Shown here one piece after another: positions 1 to 10,925 of a DNA stretch of 64,000 nt. A program made the position numbers and the translations under genes. The stretch covers positions 91,016,001 through 91,080,000 of the forward strand of contig NC_088798.1 of NCBI RefSeq assembly GCF_011386835.1, read 5' to 3'. How positions within the stretch are numbered: position 1 is the stretch's first letter; every line of letters starts with the position of its first letter. Origin of the DNA: Chrysemys picta bellii (Eukaryota). Under the pieces are notes generated by a model. It worked only from the letters and a program-made list of their open reading frames with translations. It ran no database searches and was not told the DNA's origin.

Positions 1-153
1 TGCCAGAACTCCTTGGCTCTGTTCCCTGCTCTGCCACTGACTCACTGTGTGACCTTGGTGTTTGTCTCTTTACCTCTCCATGCCAAAATTTCCCCATCAG
101 TAAAATGGGGATAATAATACTTACCACAGAGGGATTTTGTGAGGTCTAAATAA
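1..153 (+). mobile_element. MIR/CORE-SINE fragment
   Basis: CORE-like text CTGCCACTGACTCACTGTGTGACCTTGG...CCCCATCAGTAAAATGGGGATAATAATAC; truncated by window edge. Confidence 0.8.
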
Positions 154-204
154 CCAATGTTATAATAATAATTAATTTATTAATAATATAAGGATGCAAT
201 ACAG

Positions 205-575
205 CAGAGGTCCCCAAACTAGGGGGCACAGAGGAACATCATGGGGGGGGCGTGGCTGAGGCTCGGGCCAGTCCCCACAGGTGGCGGGGAGGGAGTGCCA
301 CCCAGCTCTGCTCCTGGCCCCAGCGCTGGCTGCCAGCCCCATGCCTGGGGACCCCGCTGCTGGCCCCGCACCCGGGGCTCCGCTCCCAGCCCCTTGCCCG
401 AGGCCCTGGCAGCCGGCCCCACACCCAGGGCTCCACTCTCGGCCCTGCCCCCAGCTGTGACCCCAGCAGTGATCCCCTTACCTCTGTCTGCGTCCCCTCC
501 CCGGCCCTGGCTCGGGGAGGGGGATGCAGACAGAGGTAAAGGGGGGCACGACTCTCAAAAGTTTGGGGACCTCTG
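205..575. mobile_element. Non-autonomous hAT (Charlie/Buster-like) MITE
   Basis: Perfect 16-bp TIR CAGAGGTCCCCAAACT (205-220 / 560-575); perfect 8-bp TSD CAATACAG (197-204, 576-583); GC-rich interior. Confidence 0.93.
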
Positions 576-1211
576 CAATACAGAGTTAGCTGCAGATGAT
601 GTCCTGGGTGTGACCCTGGATTTTCTAGCTTTTAGCAATTTAGATCATGCATCTCTCTCCCCTTCATGTTATCTTAACACAGTTGTTTATGATTCTTAAT
701 ACAATGAGCATTTTATTTTATTCCGATAGGTAGCTCTAATTAGATTAAGCTGCTTCAGATTAAGCCAGTCAGATTTCTCAACTGAAATTGACACGTTCAT
801 TCTTATTTTGTCTTCGTTATCGGATTAAATCTTGATCAAGGGGAATCATTTCCCGAGGCAGTTTTATAACAGGCACAAAACAAAGCTCTGTGCACTGTTC
901 TCTGCCACTCATGTGGGAGGCATTGCATATTATAGCATGACACAGATGTTTACTGCAGTCATCTGCAAACTTGCTAGCCAGTGGTCAACAACAGCTCCCC
1001 ATGACAGAAAGCTGTTGCCATCAAAATGTATTTTTAGACTTGTATATTCTGAACACCTCACAAACATTCATGAATCTAGCCTCGCTGTTCCACCCACAAT
1101 TTTCTTACTTTTTGTCAGAAGAAAGGCTCAGGGGTGACTATGTAGAGAAACTGAACTCTCCCCACAGACTTTAAGGTGATCTCTTCAGGTCAGAGTTAAA
1201 GTATGTTCTCT

Positions 1212-2128
1212 ACTGCCAACCCTCAAGCCTTTAAAAGTCATGAATGAGGCCTCCCAAAATCATGAGGTTGGCCTAAAAGTCATGAGATTTAAAAAAAAAA
1301 AAAAAAAGTTCGGGGTTCTTTTTATTTGCCTTCTGATTTTAAAGCTTTAGGGTGCACATAGGCCATGCTTTCAAGGTATTCCTGGTAATCATGAGTAAGG
1401 CTACGATTGTGTCACGAAAGTCACGGAAATTACGGAATCTGTGACTTCCATTGACCTCCGTGACATTTTCTATCCCGGGGCTGTAGTTCCCAGTCAGTCT
1501 TGCCCCCGCAGCTCCCAGCCCCCGCCCTGACGGGGGGACCCTACCCACAGCTGCCCAGTCATGGCAGGTGGCGGAGGGCTGGCAGACCTTGCAGCTGCCC
1601 CACTGCGGGGAGGGGCTGGCGGACCCTACAGCTGTCCAGCCGCGGTGGGCAGCCGATGGACCCTGCAGCTGCCCAGCCACAGCGGGCGGCAGGGGTTCTC
1701 CACGGCCTGCAGCTGGGGGACCCTGAGGCTTCCAGGGGCGAGGGGATCTCAAAGCAGCCCAGCCCCGCGGACAGTGGGACCCCAGAGCTCCCACGCACTG
1801 CAGCAGTGGGGGACCCGGGAGCCCCAGCAGCAGTGGGTCCTGAACTCGCCTACCCCTTTTGGCAGGGATCTATTTAGTTAAAGTCAGGGACAGGTCATGG
1901 GCTTCTGTGAAGTTTTGTTTATTGCCCGTAACCTGTCCATGACTTTTACTAAAAATATCTGTGACAGAAACTTAGCCTTAATCATGAAGGCTAGAAACTC
2001 CCCCCTCCCCCCCTTTTTTTTTAAAGGAAAGCTGAGACTCAGTTAGTTAGAAACATCCAGGAGCTGGGGCTTCAAGAGGAGCTCCAAATATCCCAAGTGC
2101 CAGGGTAAAACCACAAATTGCTGATGCT
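1212..2128. mobile_element. Older DNA-transposon-derived repeat split by the 1396-1980 insertion
   Basis: Repeated AA(G/A)TCATGAG motifs left of the insert continue as ATCATGAAGGCTAGAAAC...CCAGGAGCTGGGGC right of it; resembles a common turtle repeat (recalled); boundaries approximate. Confidence 0.5.
1396..1980. mobile_element. Non-autonomous hAT MITE (TAAGG termini)
   Basis: Imperfect 20-bp TIR TAAGGCTACGATTGTGTCAC vs reverse complement TAAGGCTAAGTTTCTGTCAC; 8-bp TSD ATCATGAG/ATCATGAA (7/8). Confidence 0.88.
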
Positions 2129-2198
2129 GCAGGTTGGTGGGGCATGTAGGGAAACATGCACTTCTGCCGGGGCTGTCTCCTCCTCAGAGTTCCTACTA

Positions 2199-2272
2199 GA
2201 TTTTCAAAGGCACAAATGGGAGTTAGGTGCCCAAATTGTGCCGCTACCTCCCCTCTGCACCTTTGAAAATCT
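2199..2272. repeat. Short palindromic DNA-transposon relic
   Basis: GATTTTCAAAGGCACA ... TGCACCTTTGAAAATC inverted ends; similar small hairpin relics at ~14370-14470, 24570-24655, 29649-29778, 33800-33930, 57985-58070 and 63340-63420. Confidence 0.6.
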
Positions 2273-4455
2273 CTCCATAAAGCAGCTCATATTACTAACT
2301 CCAGCTGGTTATAATCCCATTTCAGATAGCCCTGCTCAGCATTGGTGCCCATGACAGCCAAAGTTCAAAGCCAGCATTGTAGGTTGGCAGTTGGCCAGAA
2401 GCATAACTTTCTCCCACCTCTGCTGAGGAAAGGGAAAAGCAGCTTGGTATTTAAAGTCCCCATGCCCCTCCTTCCACATCACTTCGTGCCTAGACACTCC
2501 CATATATTTGAGAGAGGGGTACCAGAGCCCCAAACTGCTCATTTGAGGCCTATTCCTTGGACAGCACAAGGAGAACCATGTTTCACTCCTCAGTCAAACA
2601 TCTATGGGTTTTATCAGGGTTCAGTGTGACACACAACACTCACCACAGAGTGCAGGATTGGGGCCTAAAACAACATTCAGTGGCCTAGATACTGATATAA
2701 CCATCCTCAGCACATCATAGGCTTGCTGCAGAGTGTTAAAAACACCCCCTCCCCAGCCCCCTTTTAAGGGCTATAATGCAGAGGAAACAAATAGGTGGGC
2801 CATGGACTTTCTCTGAATTATGTATTCTGAGAACAAAAGGTGCAGGAGGCTTTCCTGCTCCGTGCCATATCTGTGGCAGGCAAAATATGTTGAGCTTCTT
2901 ATTGGGACTGTGCAGGAGGAGGAGAAGGTGACAGCTCTGTCACTAATGGACTGGTTTACCCAGATCTTTATTGTTTTGGATACACTCAGGGATGCTGCAG
3001 TGACTCAGACTAAATTGCTGCTTTGTCTGAGAGACATGTTTTCTCTGGGTAATGAGTCGATCTTAGCTCTGATTAGATTTCACTGCAGTAATAATAACCA
3101 ATGAGTGTTGGCAGCAGTGGGGGTGGTAGGAGGGTTAGTTCAACATAAAACATGGAGAAGAACTTGCACTACAAAGGGATAGTAGGAGAAAATGAATTAA
3201 TCACTACTCCAGCTGATCATACAGAGTTGCACTGTTCTTCCTTCAGTCAGACAATTCCTTCAGTCTCAGGCAGACTGGCCCCCAGCAGCACTGGGGATCA
3301 GAGGAAAGTACAAGTGATTTATACAGCCACATTTGCCCCGCCTCCTTACTCCAGCTGTGCCAGGCAAGGCTCTAATACAGCTGGGGGTCTGAGCCATAAT
3401 ATGAAACTCACCCAAGTGTGGAGGACTGGTGCAAGGCCCCCGGCATTAGTTAAACCCTGCATAGGGGCTGTCTGAGATGTCCGCCTACCGAACGCACATC
3501 AGTACAAAAGACCTCATTGAGGCTGGACCAGCATCAGGTCAGGATCTTTGGATCTGTGCTTAAGCAGATTCAGGAGCCCTAGTATCTTGTACAACCAGCA
3601 TGATATGACTGTGATTGCTATTTAAGCCCACAGGGAATAGCAGGTACAGCAGAGACTGTCAACATCCCACAGCATGGCCCTGGGTTGAGAAATTGGTGAG
3701 GTGGATTTCACCCTCCGCTCTCCAACGTATAAAAGCCCAAGTTAATTTCATCCTCAGTTCTATATTCATTTTACATGTTATGGTTCACTAAAGTACAAGA
3801 GAAAACTCTGTCTCAGGCAAGCGTGACGTAAGAGTACAGCTGGGCAAATAATACGAGCGACATTTTCTGCTGCTATAAATTCAAATCGAAATCCCTCTTC
3901 AATCCAGCCATCTTCAGAACCCTTCTGTGATCACTCCCACACGATTGCATTGTGCTAGCACAGACGCTGGCAGAAAGTGAACATTAAGGTCACACAATTA
4001 AGTACTTGAGGAAAAGTCATCTTTAGTATGCTTTCCACAGGCATTCGCACTAGAAAACTGTTTCCAATAATTTTACTCAGCTAATCACAGAACAGAAGCA
4101 ACAGCACATGAGTGATGTGGGCAGTCGCAACTTGAATACTGAATATCAGAAAGCAAGCCACAGTGTGAAGAAAATGCACTTTGTCACTATTTTGAATAAT
4201 AAATATATCTGATTAAAACGTCATCTATCCATAGAGGTTCTTCAAACAGAGCTTGATCCTTGTTCACCCAGTGTGCCTGTGGGGGCTGCCCATCTCACAA
4301 GTTGCATTCTCTCTGGGACTCTGAAAACGAGAGGTCTAGCTCCAGCCCAGTGCCAAGATCAAGTCTATTTCAGGCCCATGCTTCAGGGCACAATTTACTG
4401 TTGAAACACACCCCTCAGGAGTAACACCAAAACAAAGCAATTCCTCTGACCAACA

Positions 4456-5158
4456 AGGCCAGGACCTCCTTGCTTTGCTTACAGCAAATGCCCATGAGAG
4501 GAGCCAAGTGTCAGCTCTCCAACTCTCTGTCAATATAATACTTTTGCCTCTCTCTATCCCTGGAAAGAGCATCCTTCCTTTAAATCCCCTGCTCAACCAT
4601 GTGACTGGCAGGGAGCCCTTAACCCTTACCTGTCACATACCCTGTCCCAGGCTACTTGTCCCTTTCCTGTGCACATAGGGAACGGATGGAGTCTTGACTT
4701 CATATCCCCAATGCACTGACTAGCTCATTTGAGCAGGCACAGAGGCGGAGGTAAACTGATAGTCTGACCCTGTCTCTGGGTCACAGTTCAACCCTTCTGC
4801 TCCAGCGCCAGCACAACTACATGCTGCCTCCTACTCAGGGCACACTGTATTCTTACAGCCTGGCCCCAAAAGAAGTGAAATTTGTTTAATAAATGATTTG
4901 TTACAAATGATTTGCTCAGCTCTACAAAGGAGCCTGATGTGACATAGTAACTCCTCGCCCCAGCAAATATCTAGGAAAAGAACCCAATGTCACTTCTCCT
5001 TGTTCCCATAAACCATCTGGTGACTGTGCATAACTACCTCCTTTCTAAGCCTTAAACAAACATTTGGTCAAGGAGGCCAGGGCCTCCTTGCTTTGCTTAC
5101 AGCAAATGCCCATGAGAGGAGCCAAGTGCTAGCTCTCCAACTCTCTGTCAATATAATA
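4456..5158 (+). repeat. 85-bp dispersed direct repeat (4456-4540 and 5074-5158)
   Basis: AGGCCAGG(A/G)CCTCCTTGCTTTGCTTACAGCAAATGCCCATGAGAGGAGCCAAGTG...CAATATAATA; 82/85 identical, offset 618, unrelated flanks. Confidence 0.95.
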
Positions 5159-5329
5159 TTTTCCACATCAGCCTCACCAGCTCCTGACAGGTCAGCACGT
5201 AGCATGAGTCACACAATGTGCAATGGCAGTTGGTGCTATCATTTAATGTTTTAAACTATGTTTAGTATCTCAAGCTTTCTGTGGCTTTGTGCATCTCCGT
5301 CTTGAAACAGATACAGGGATCAATTTTCT

Positions 5330-5920
5330 GGCTCATTTCTTGGCTTGTTGCTTCAGCCACACTGCCTCTCTCTTTGCAACCCTCTCCTGGCTCCCTGTTC
5401 GCCATAGAATCAAACATAAACTACTTGTCTTCAATTTTAAGGCCCTTCATGGCCTATTCCTCCCTACTAGTCATCTCTTATATGCTATTAAGATGCTGAA
5501 TCCCATCTTTGCTTTGCCATAGATGCCAGTCTTCATCACCAGTTTGTTAAATTTTCAAACAAACACCTGGATGCTCTCGCTCATGCCGCACCTTATGCAT
5601 GAGGAACCCCCTGTAGACATTTGCAGAACCACCTCATTATCCTCCTTCAAAGCCTTCCTTAAAATTCTCCTCTGCCAAAAAGCCTGCAAAATACTCAACA
5701 ATGGTTAGGCAGCTGGTGTGCTATCAGGATAACCAGTATTGTCTCACCGTGTCCTTGTGCTTCTCCTGTCTGTTTGTATCCCCCGTTATCTCATATCTTA
5801 CACTTAGATTGTAAGATCTTTGAGGCACCATCTTTTTGTTGTGGGTATGTAAAGTCCCTAGCACAACAGGGCCCTACTGCATTGTTGAGGCCCCTAGGCA
5901 ACTACTGCAATATAAATATT
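5330..5920 (+). mobile_element. L2 LINE 3' fragment
   Basis: Translation HTASLFATLSWLPVRHRIKHKLLVFNFKALHG resembles the L2 ORF2 C-terminal HWLP..RI.FKLL..FKALHG motif; L2-type tail TTAGATTGTAAGATCTTTGAGGCA. Confidence 0.8.
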
Positions 5921-7686
5921 AAGTAAGGGTCTGATCAAACTCCCACTGAAATCAATAGAAGTCCAACCAAGTGTTTCTTTCTCTTTCAGGTCACATCATA
6001 AAAGATCCCAAAAGCCAGTTTGTTACTATTGCCATCTTGCTTTTACCCATGTGAGCTCTGTCATGGTTTCATAGATAGAGGTTAATGCTGGCCATATGGA
6101 AGCTAGAATGCCAAGCTCTTACATGGTTTTGGTTTCTACTAATTTCTATACATTGTGATTTCTAGTCGTGTGTTTGGTTTCTTGTAGTTCTTTAGATTGT
6201 AACCTAGCCATTTCAGACTTTCTCAGGACTAGTCATTTAAGATACCAACCCTTGAAATTGTTACTGGACCTTCTGCTGAGAAGGAAGTTTCTTCTTTTGA
6301 CACTTTCCTAAGACTGAATCTAGTAAGTTCCAGACCATTATCTCTGCCCCCCCCCCCCCAAAAAAAAGATAAAACCAAAAGCTAAACTAGTGTTAAGCTA
6401 TCAGGGACCACTCCTCCATATCTCAGAGAGCTTTATTTGTTAGTCTGGAAGCAAATCAGTGCTTTCCCTAAAGGGAGAACATTGTTGTGACTTCATGTAA
6501 TTGTTTTTGAGCCACTGCTCTTTAATTTAGCTGAGCTGCAGCCATGGGAACTCCACCACGCCTTCGCTCTAAGGGTATGTTTTAACTGTCAGCTCAGGAG
6601 GTCTAGGAGGTAGAGGGGTGTTTGTACATTCCCTCTCCTTGTGTTTGTTACCCACATAACCTAAGTGTTTCTCCTTGGCAGCTACTAACCTGGCACCCCA
6701 CCCGTTCTTTGTAAGTGATTTTAGTGTGAGAGCACAGAGCAATGTGTTTTTGTATTTATCAGACTGCAGACTAACAGATCTGGGAATTAATCAACCTTTC
6801 ATTTCTAACACTGCCTGAGGAAACCTGCAAACTTTAAACAGTTTTTTTGATCTGATATTTCAAATTCTAGAGAGTATTTTCACACATTTCTGAGGGCTTT
6901 GGTTTAGTTGGTGGGTAGTTTCATGTTTTAGCGTTACCAGCTATTGCTATTTTGGCAAAGTATCAATCGCATTTTCCATTGTGAATTCCCCCATTTTTTG
7001 CTGGGGTTCATTTGTGAGACAGTCAGGAAGCAATATCTTCTATCCTACAGAAAATCTCTTTAAGGCTGATATTTTCAGTACTGCTTAGGAAATCTAGATG
7101 TACAATTCCCATTGAAATTAATGGGAGAAGTGCATCTAAATCCTTTAGGCAGCTTTGAAAAAATCTCACTTTTTTGTAATAAAGGAATAATAATTTTTGG
7201 GTGGCTTCAGAAGCCCAATTTTAAGTCTAGAATTTTGTTGACTCTTGACCCTTGGTATAGTTTGGTGCCATCAAAAAACAGAGTACAGATAGGCTTGAGT
7301 AGCAAAATTTGGTTCCAGTTCTGGGTTTCAGACCCATCCCTCCTTCAAAATTCAGGAGTGGTCACATCTGGAGTTTTGGTTTAGCCCATTACACAGATGG
7401 GGCCAATAAAAAAATTGGCTTCAGATTTAGGTTTGAATTATGATTTTGAAGTTTGAGGGTAGTAGACTTGGGGTCTTGGTTTGAGCCCATCTCGAAAATA
7501 AACTAAGCCAAGGAGCTGTCAAACTGAAAAGCAAATGCTGTGGGGATGGGAGGGAAAGGTGAGGATTTTCCTCCCAATCTCATACTTCTAACTGTGAAAG
7601 GCTCTTCTCAGGACCTGTCAGTGGCTCTTTAACTAGGTACAGGAAGATCTTCCTTCCCCATCCAACCAGGAGATGAGTGGACCAGG

Positions 7687-8027
7687 TAGAGCAGGACAAT
7701 TTTTTCAATAAATATTTTACTGGCCAAAAAATATAGTTTTGAGACATCCCAAACTGTTCACAATACAGGTCAAATTTGTCAAATGTTTTCAGACGAATAA
7801 AAATGGGGACGGGGGAATTTTGAAAAAGTCAAAATGGGTCGTTTTGACTTTTCATTTTGAAATGATTGTTTCCAAATTTAGCTGATTTATCTTTTTTTAA
7901 AAAAAGTTAAAAACATCCAGAAATGAAACACAATGTTTCATTTTGTTCAATCCTAAACTAAACTTTTTTGGGGGGGAGGGTTTCGTTAGCCTCTGAATTG
8001 AAAAAATCAATTATTTGCCCTGCTCTA
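7687..8027. mobile_element. hAT-like MITE
   Basis: TIR TAGAGCAGG(A/G)CAA at both ends; flanks GGACCAGG/GTGCCAGG (6/8) fit a decayed 8-bp TSD. Confidence 0.7.
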
Positions 8028-8559
8028 GTGCCAGGCCTCTGCCAGTCTATGGAGTAAGAGTGCAGAATAGGGTTCTGTTGAGCAAGCAGGCAAGGCATGG
8101 AAACTCAAAAGGCAGGGGATGCTGCAGGTAAGGACAGAGGTTCACAAGCACACAGTGTGAATAAGGCCAAGGACAGGAATAGCAGAGGGTGCTATTATGC
8201 GTGACAGAGATGTTCTGGCAGAGCTGCATGGAGCCTTAGAACTGGAAAAGCAGGTTGAGTTGGGTGGGAGTTCCAGGACTGGAATGGTAGAAGGTGCTGC
8301 AGCTCAAGATTGAGGTACAGCAGCTAAACTGTGTTGGGAAGGAGTTCATAGAGCCTGCCTGTGCAGTGCCTATGATGATTTGCACAAGTACAATCCATTC
8401 CTCACTGCTCTGAGCACTAAATTTCATTGCTCAATCATCACATCCCAACCCCTTGTGTGCCACCCACCTTTTATGTCTTGCCTTTTACATTGTAAGCTCT
8501 GTTATTATTTAACATCTATATTGCATTAGTACCTAAATGCCACAGTTTGTGTTTGATGC

Positions 8560-9010
8560 AGTGGAAGGGAGCCAGTGAAGGGACTTAAAGAGACAGTGAC
8601 ATAGTCAGAACAACAAGACAAGGAGATGATCTTAGCAGCAGCATTTTGAATGGATATGAAAGGGGTGAGGTTGCAGGCACAAAAGCCAGAGAGGAGAAGA
8701 TAGCTTAGTCAAGGCATGAGATGATCAGAGCTTGCATAAGAGTTTTAGCAATGTGGGCAGAGAGTTAAAATTGAAGCTTGGAGATGTTGTGCAAGAATAA
8801 ATGGTAAGAATTAGACACAGCCTGGATCTGTGGGTCAAAGTAAAGGGCTGAGTCAAAGATGAAGCCAAGATTATGGGCTTGAGCAATGGGGAGGATGGTG
8901 GTGTCCTCTGAAAGAGAAAGGCGGAAAAGCATAGGGTTTGGGACGAAAGGTCAGGAACTTGGTTTTGGCCATGCTGAATTTCAATGGAAAGTTGGCCAGG
9001 AACTGTCATT
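8560..9010 (-). mobile_element. L2 LINE internal (RT C-terminal) fragment
   Basis: Purine-rich plus strand typical of antisense L2; minus-strand translation gives decayed L2 ORF2-like text with frameshifts. Confidence 0.65.
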
Positions 9011-9289
9011 TGTTATACCTGTGTACAGTTCCTAGAACATTTGGGCCGCGACCTGTTTGAAGCTAGGTGCTACTGGGGTGTTGTTGATAAGGGTAAGAAC
9101 CACAGTGTGAGCCCTCCCAAACTTGGGGGCAGGGGAGTATTTAAAATGAAACCCAGAACTGAACCACCCCTCCTTATAATTACACAAAACCTCCCCAGTG
9201 CTTTTTTTCCCCGTGCTCAAGCCATCTGTTTCCCCATTTCACCAGAAAAAAGCTTACCCAAGGAAAGTATCACAGTACATGCTCACTCC

Positions 9290-9539
9290 AGTTACATTTA
9301 CACTGCAAGTACAAGGAGTATACGTGACTTGGGTTAGCTCACCTGCATAAAATAGCAGTGAAGACACAGTAACTCAGCTTTTAATTCAGGTTAGCAGCTC
9401 GAGTTCAACCCCAGGTTCCCCTATAGGCTTGAACCCAAGCTAAAAGCAGAGTCTCCACTGCTATTTTAACCCAAGTTAGCTCACACAGGTTAGCTAACCT
9501 GAGTTAAGAACACATCTCTTTTTGCAGTGTAGACACACC
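9290..9539. mobile_element. Harbinger-like MITE (TCTACACT...AGTGTAGAC family), degenerate
   Basis: TTTACACTGCAA at left and TTGCAGTGTAGACACACC at right; internal self-complementary AATAGCAGTG/CACTGCTATT. Confidence 0.7.
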
Positions 9540-10506
9540 TACACAAATGGGGTGGCTAGGTGGGAAAGTGAGCAGCTATTTAACATCCCCAGATTTTACT
9601 CTTCTCTGCGGTTAATATGTGAAAAAGGTTACTCAGTCCATCAGAGTTTTGCAATATTTTCACCCAAACCAGCGAAACCAACAGAAATCAAATTGGTGCC
9701 ATCCCATTGCAGAATAGGAGTCCTGGCGACTGAACAGCGCGTAACCATGTTGGAAATCATTAAAGAACAAGGTTGCATGTGAGTGGTTTTAAATGATAAA
9801 GCTGTGAGGTCAGTCTCAGCCTAAAAGGGATCCAGGCACACATTGTACTGGGAAGAGAGAAAACTGAGCTAGCTACATGAGCATTCCGTACCTCATCATC
9901 ACCCCAAGATGACTAGTGAGACTGGGGACAGTTTGAAGAGACCGAGGGGCATGGGAGCGGCAAAGAGGAAAAGCAGTCCTGTAAAATCAAAACAGATTAG
10001 GAGGTTGCTAAACCTCTTCGTTTGCACAGCTGTGCCAGGCCCATCAAAGACAAAGCTTGGCTCAGAAGAGAGGGCGTTGCTCTTGGTTAAACAGCCAGTT
10101 GATTTTTCAACCCTGAAATTTCCACAAAAAAATGACAGAACTTTTTTTTCAACATGAATTTTTTATTTGGCAAGCTTTTGATTAGTTCCTGATCTGTCAC
10201 ATCTCAAGACTTCAGTTCAAATTCTTCCACTGGATATACCAAGTGAAAATTAGTTAGTAGTGTCAGTATAGTTGTCCATCTATGCACATCACAAACTCAC
10301 CATATACACATGGCTCAGTTGATAGTCTCCACTCAAGAAAGACCCAGGTCTGAAATAGCAGGATCTCCAGGGATATGTTGCAGGTCAGAGCTGACATGCA
10401 CTGATCGAATGCTATTGAGTTTGCAGGCACAGGCTAGGAACAGCAATGAAAGTGCCAGTCTAGAGAAATGGCTCTTATTTCTTATGTACTTATACACCTG
10501 AGCACT

Positions 10507-10702
10507 TCAATCTTTAATGCAGTCATCTTTCCAACACCTTGTGAGGTAGGGCAGTGCTATTATCCCCACTTTACAGATCAGGAACCGAGGCACAGAGAAA
10601 TGAAGTGACTTGCTCAAGGTCACACAGGGAGTCTGTGGCAGAGTAAAGAATTGAACCTGAATCTCCCAAGTCCCACATAGCACCCTAGCCACTAAACCAT
10701 GC
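10507..10702 (-). mobile_element. MIR-like CORE-SINE
   Basis: TTATCCCCACTTTACAGAT.AGGAACCGAGGCACAGAGA..AAGTGACTTGCTCAAGGTCACACAG, the reverse CORE domain. Confidence 0.85.
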
Positions 10703-10759
10703 ATGTTGTGGGCCAGGATTAAAACAATAAATTAAAACTATAATGCAGTCCTTATATAT

Positions 10760-10925
10760 TCATTCATAGATTTCAAAGTGCTTTACAAAGGAGGTCAGTG
10801 TCATTTTACAGATGAGGAAGCTGAGGTGACATGACTTGCCCAAAGCCATCCAGGAGGCCAGCGGTAGAGCTGGGAATAGAACCCAGGTCTCCGGGTTCAC
10901 TGCTGTATCCACTAGGCAACACTTC
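10760..10925 (-). mobile_element. MIR-like CORE-SINE
   Basis: CATTTTACAGATGAGGAAGCTGAGG...GACTTGCCCAAAG...GAATAGAACCCAGGTCTCC. Confidence 0.8.

Noticed and set aside
9713-9784. Possible 66-nt exon (AG...CAT|GTGAGT; IGVLATEQRVTMLEIIKEQGC)
   Set aside because: Poor polypyrimidine tract, no recognisable protein, no partner exons.
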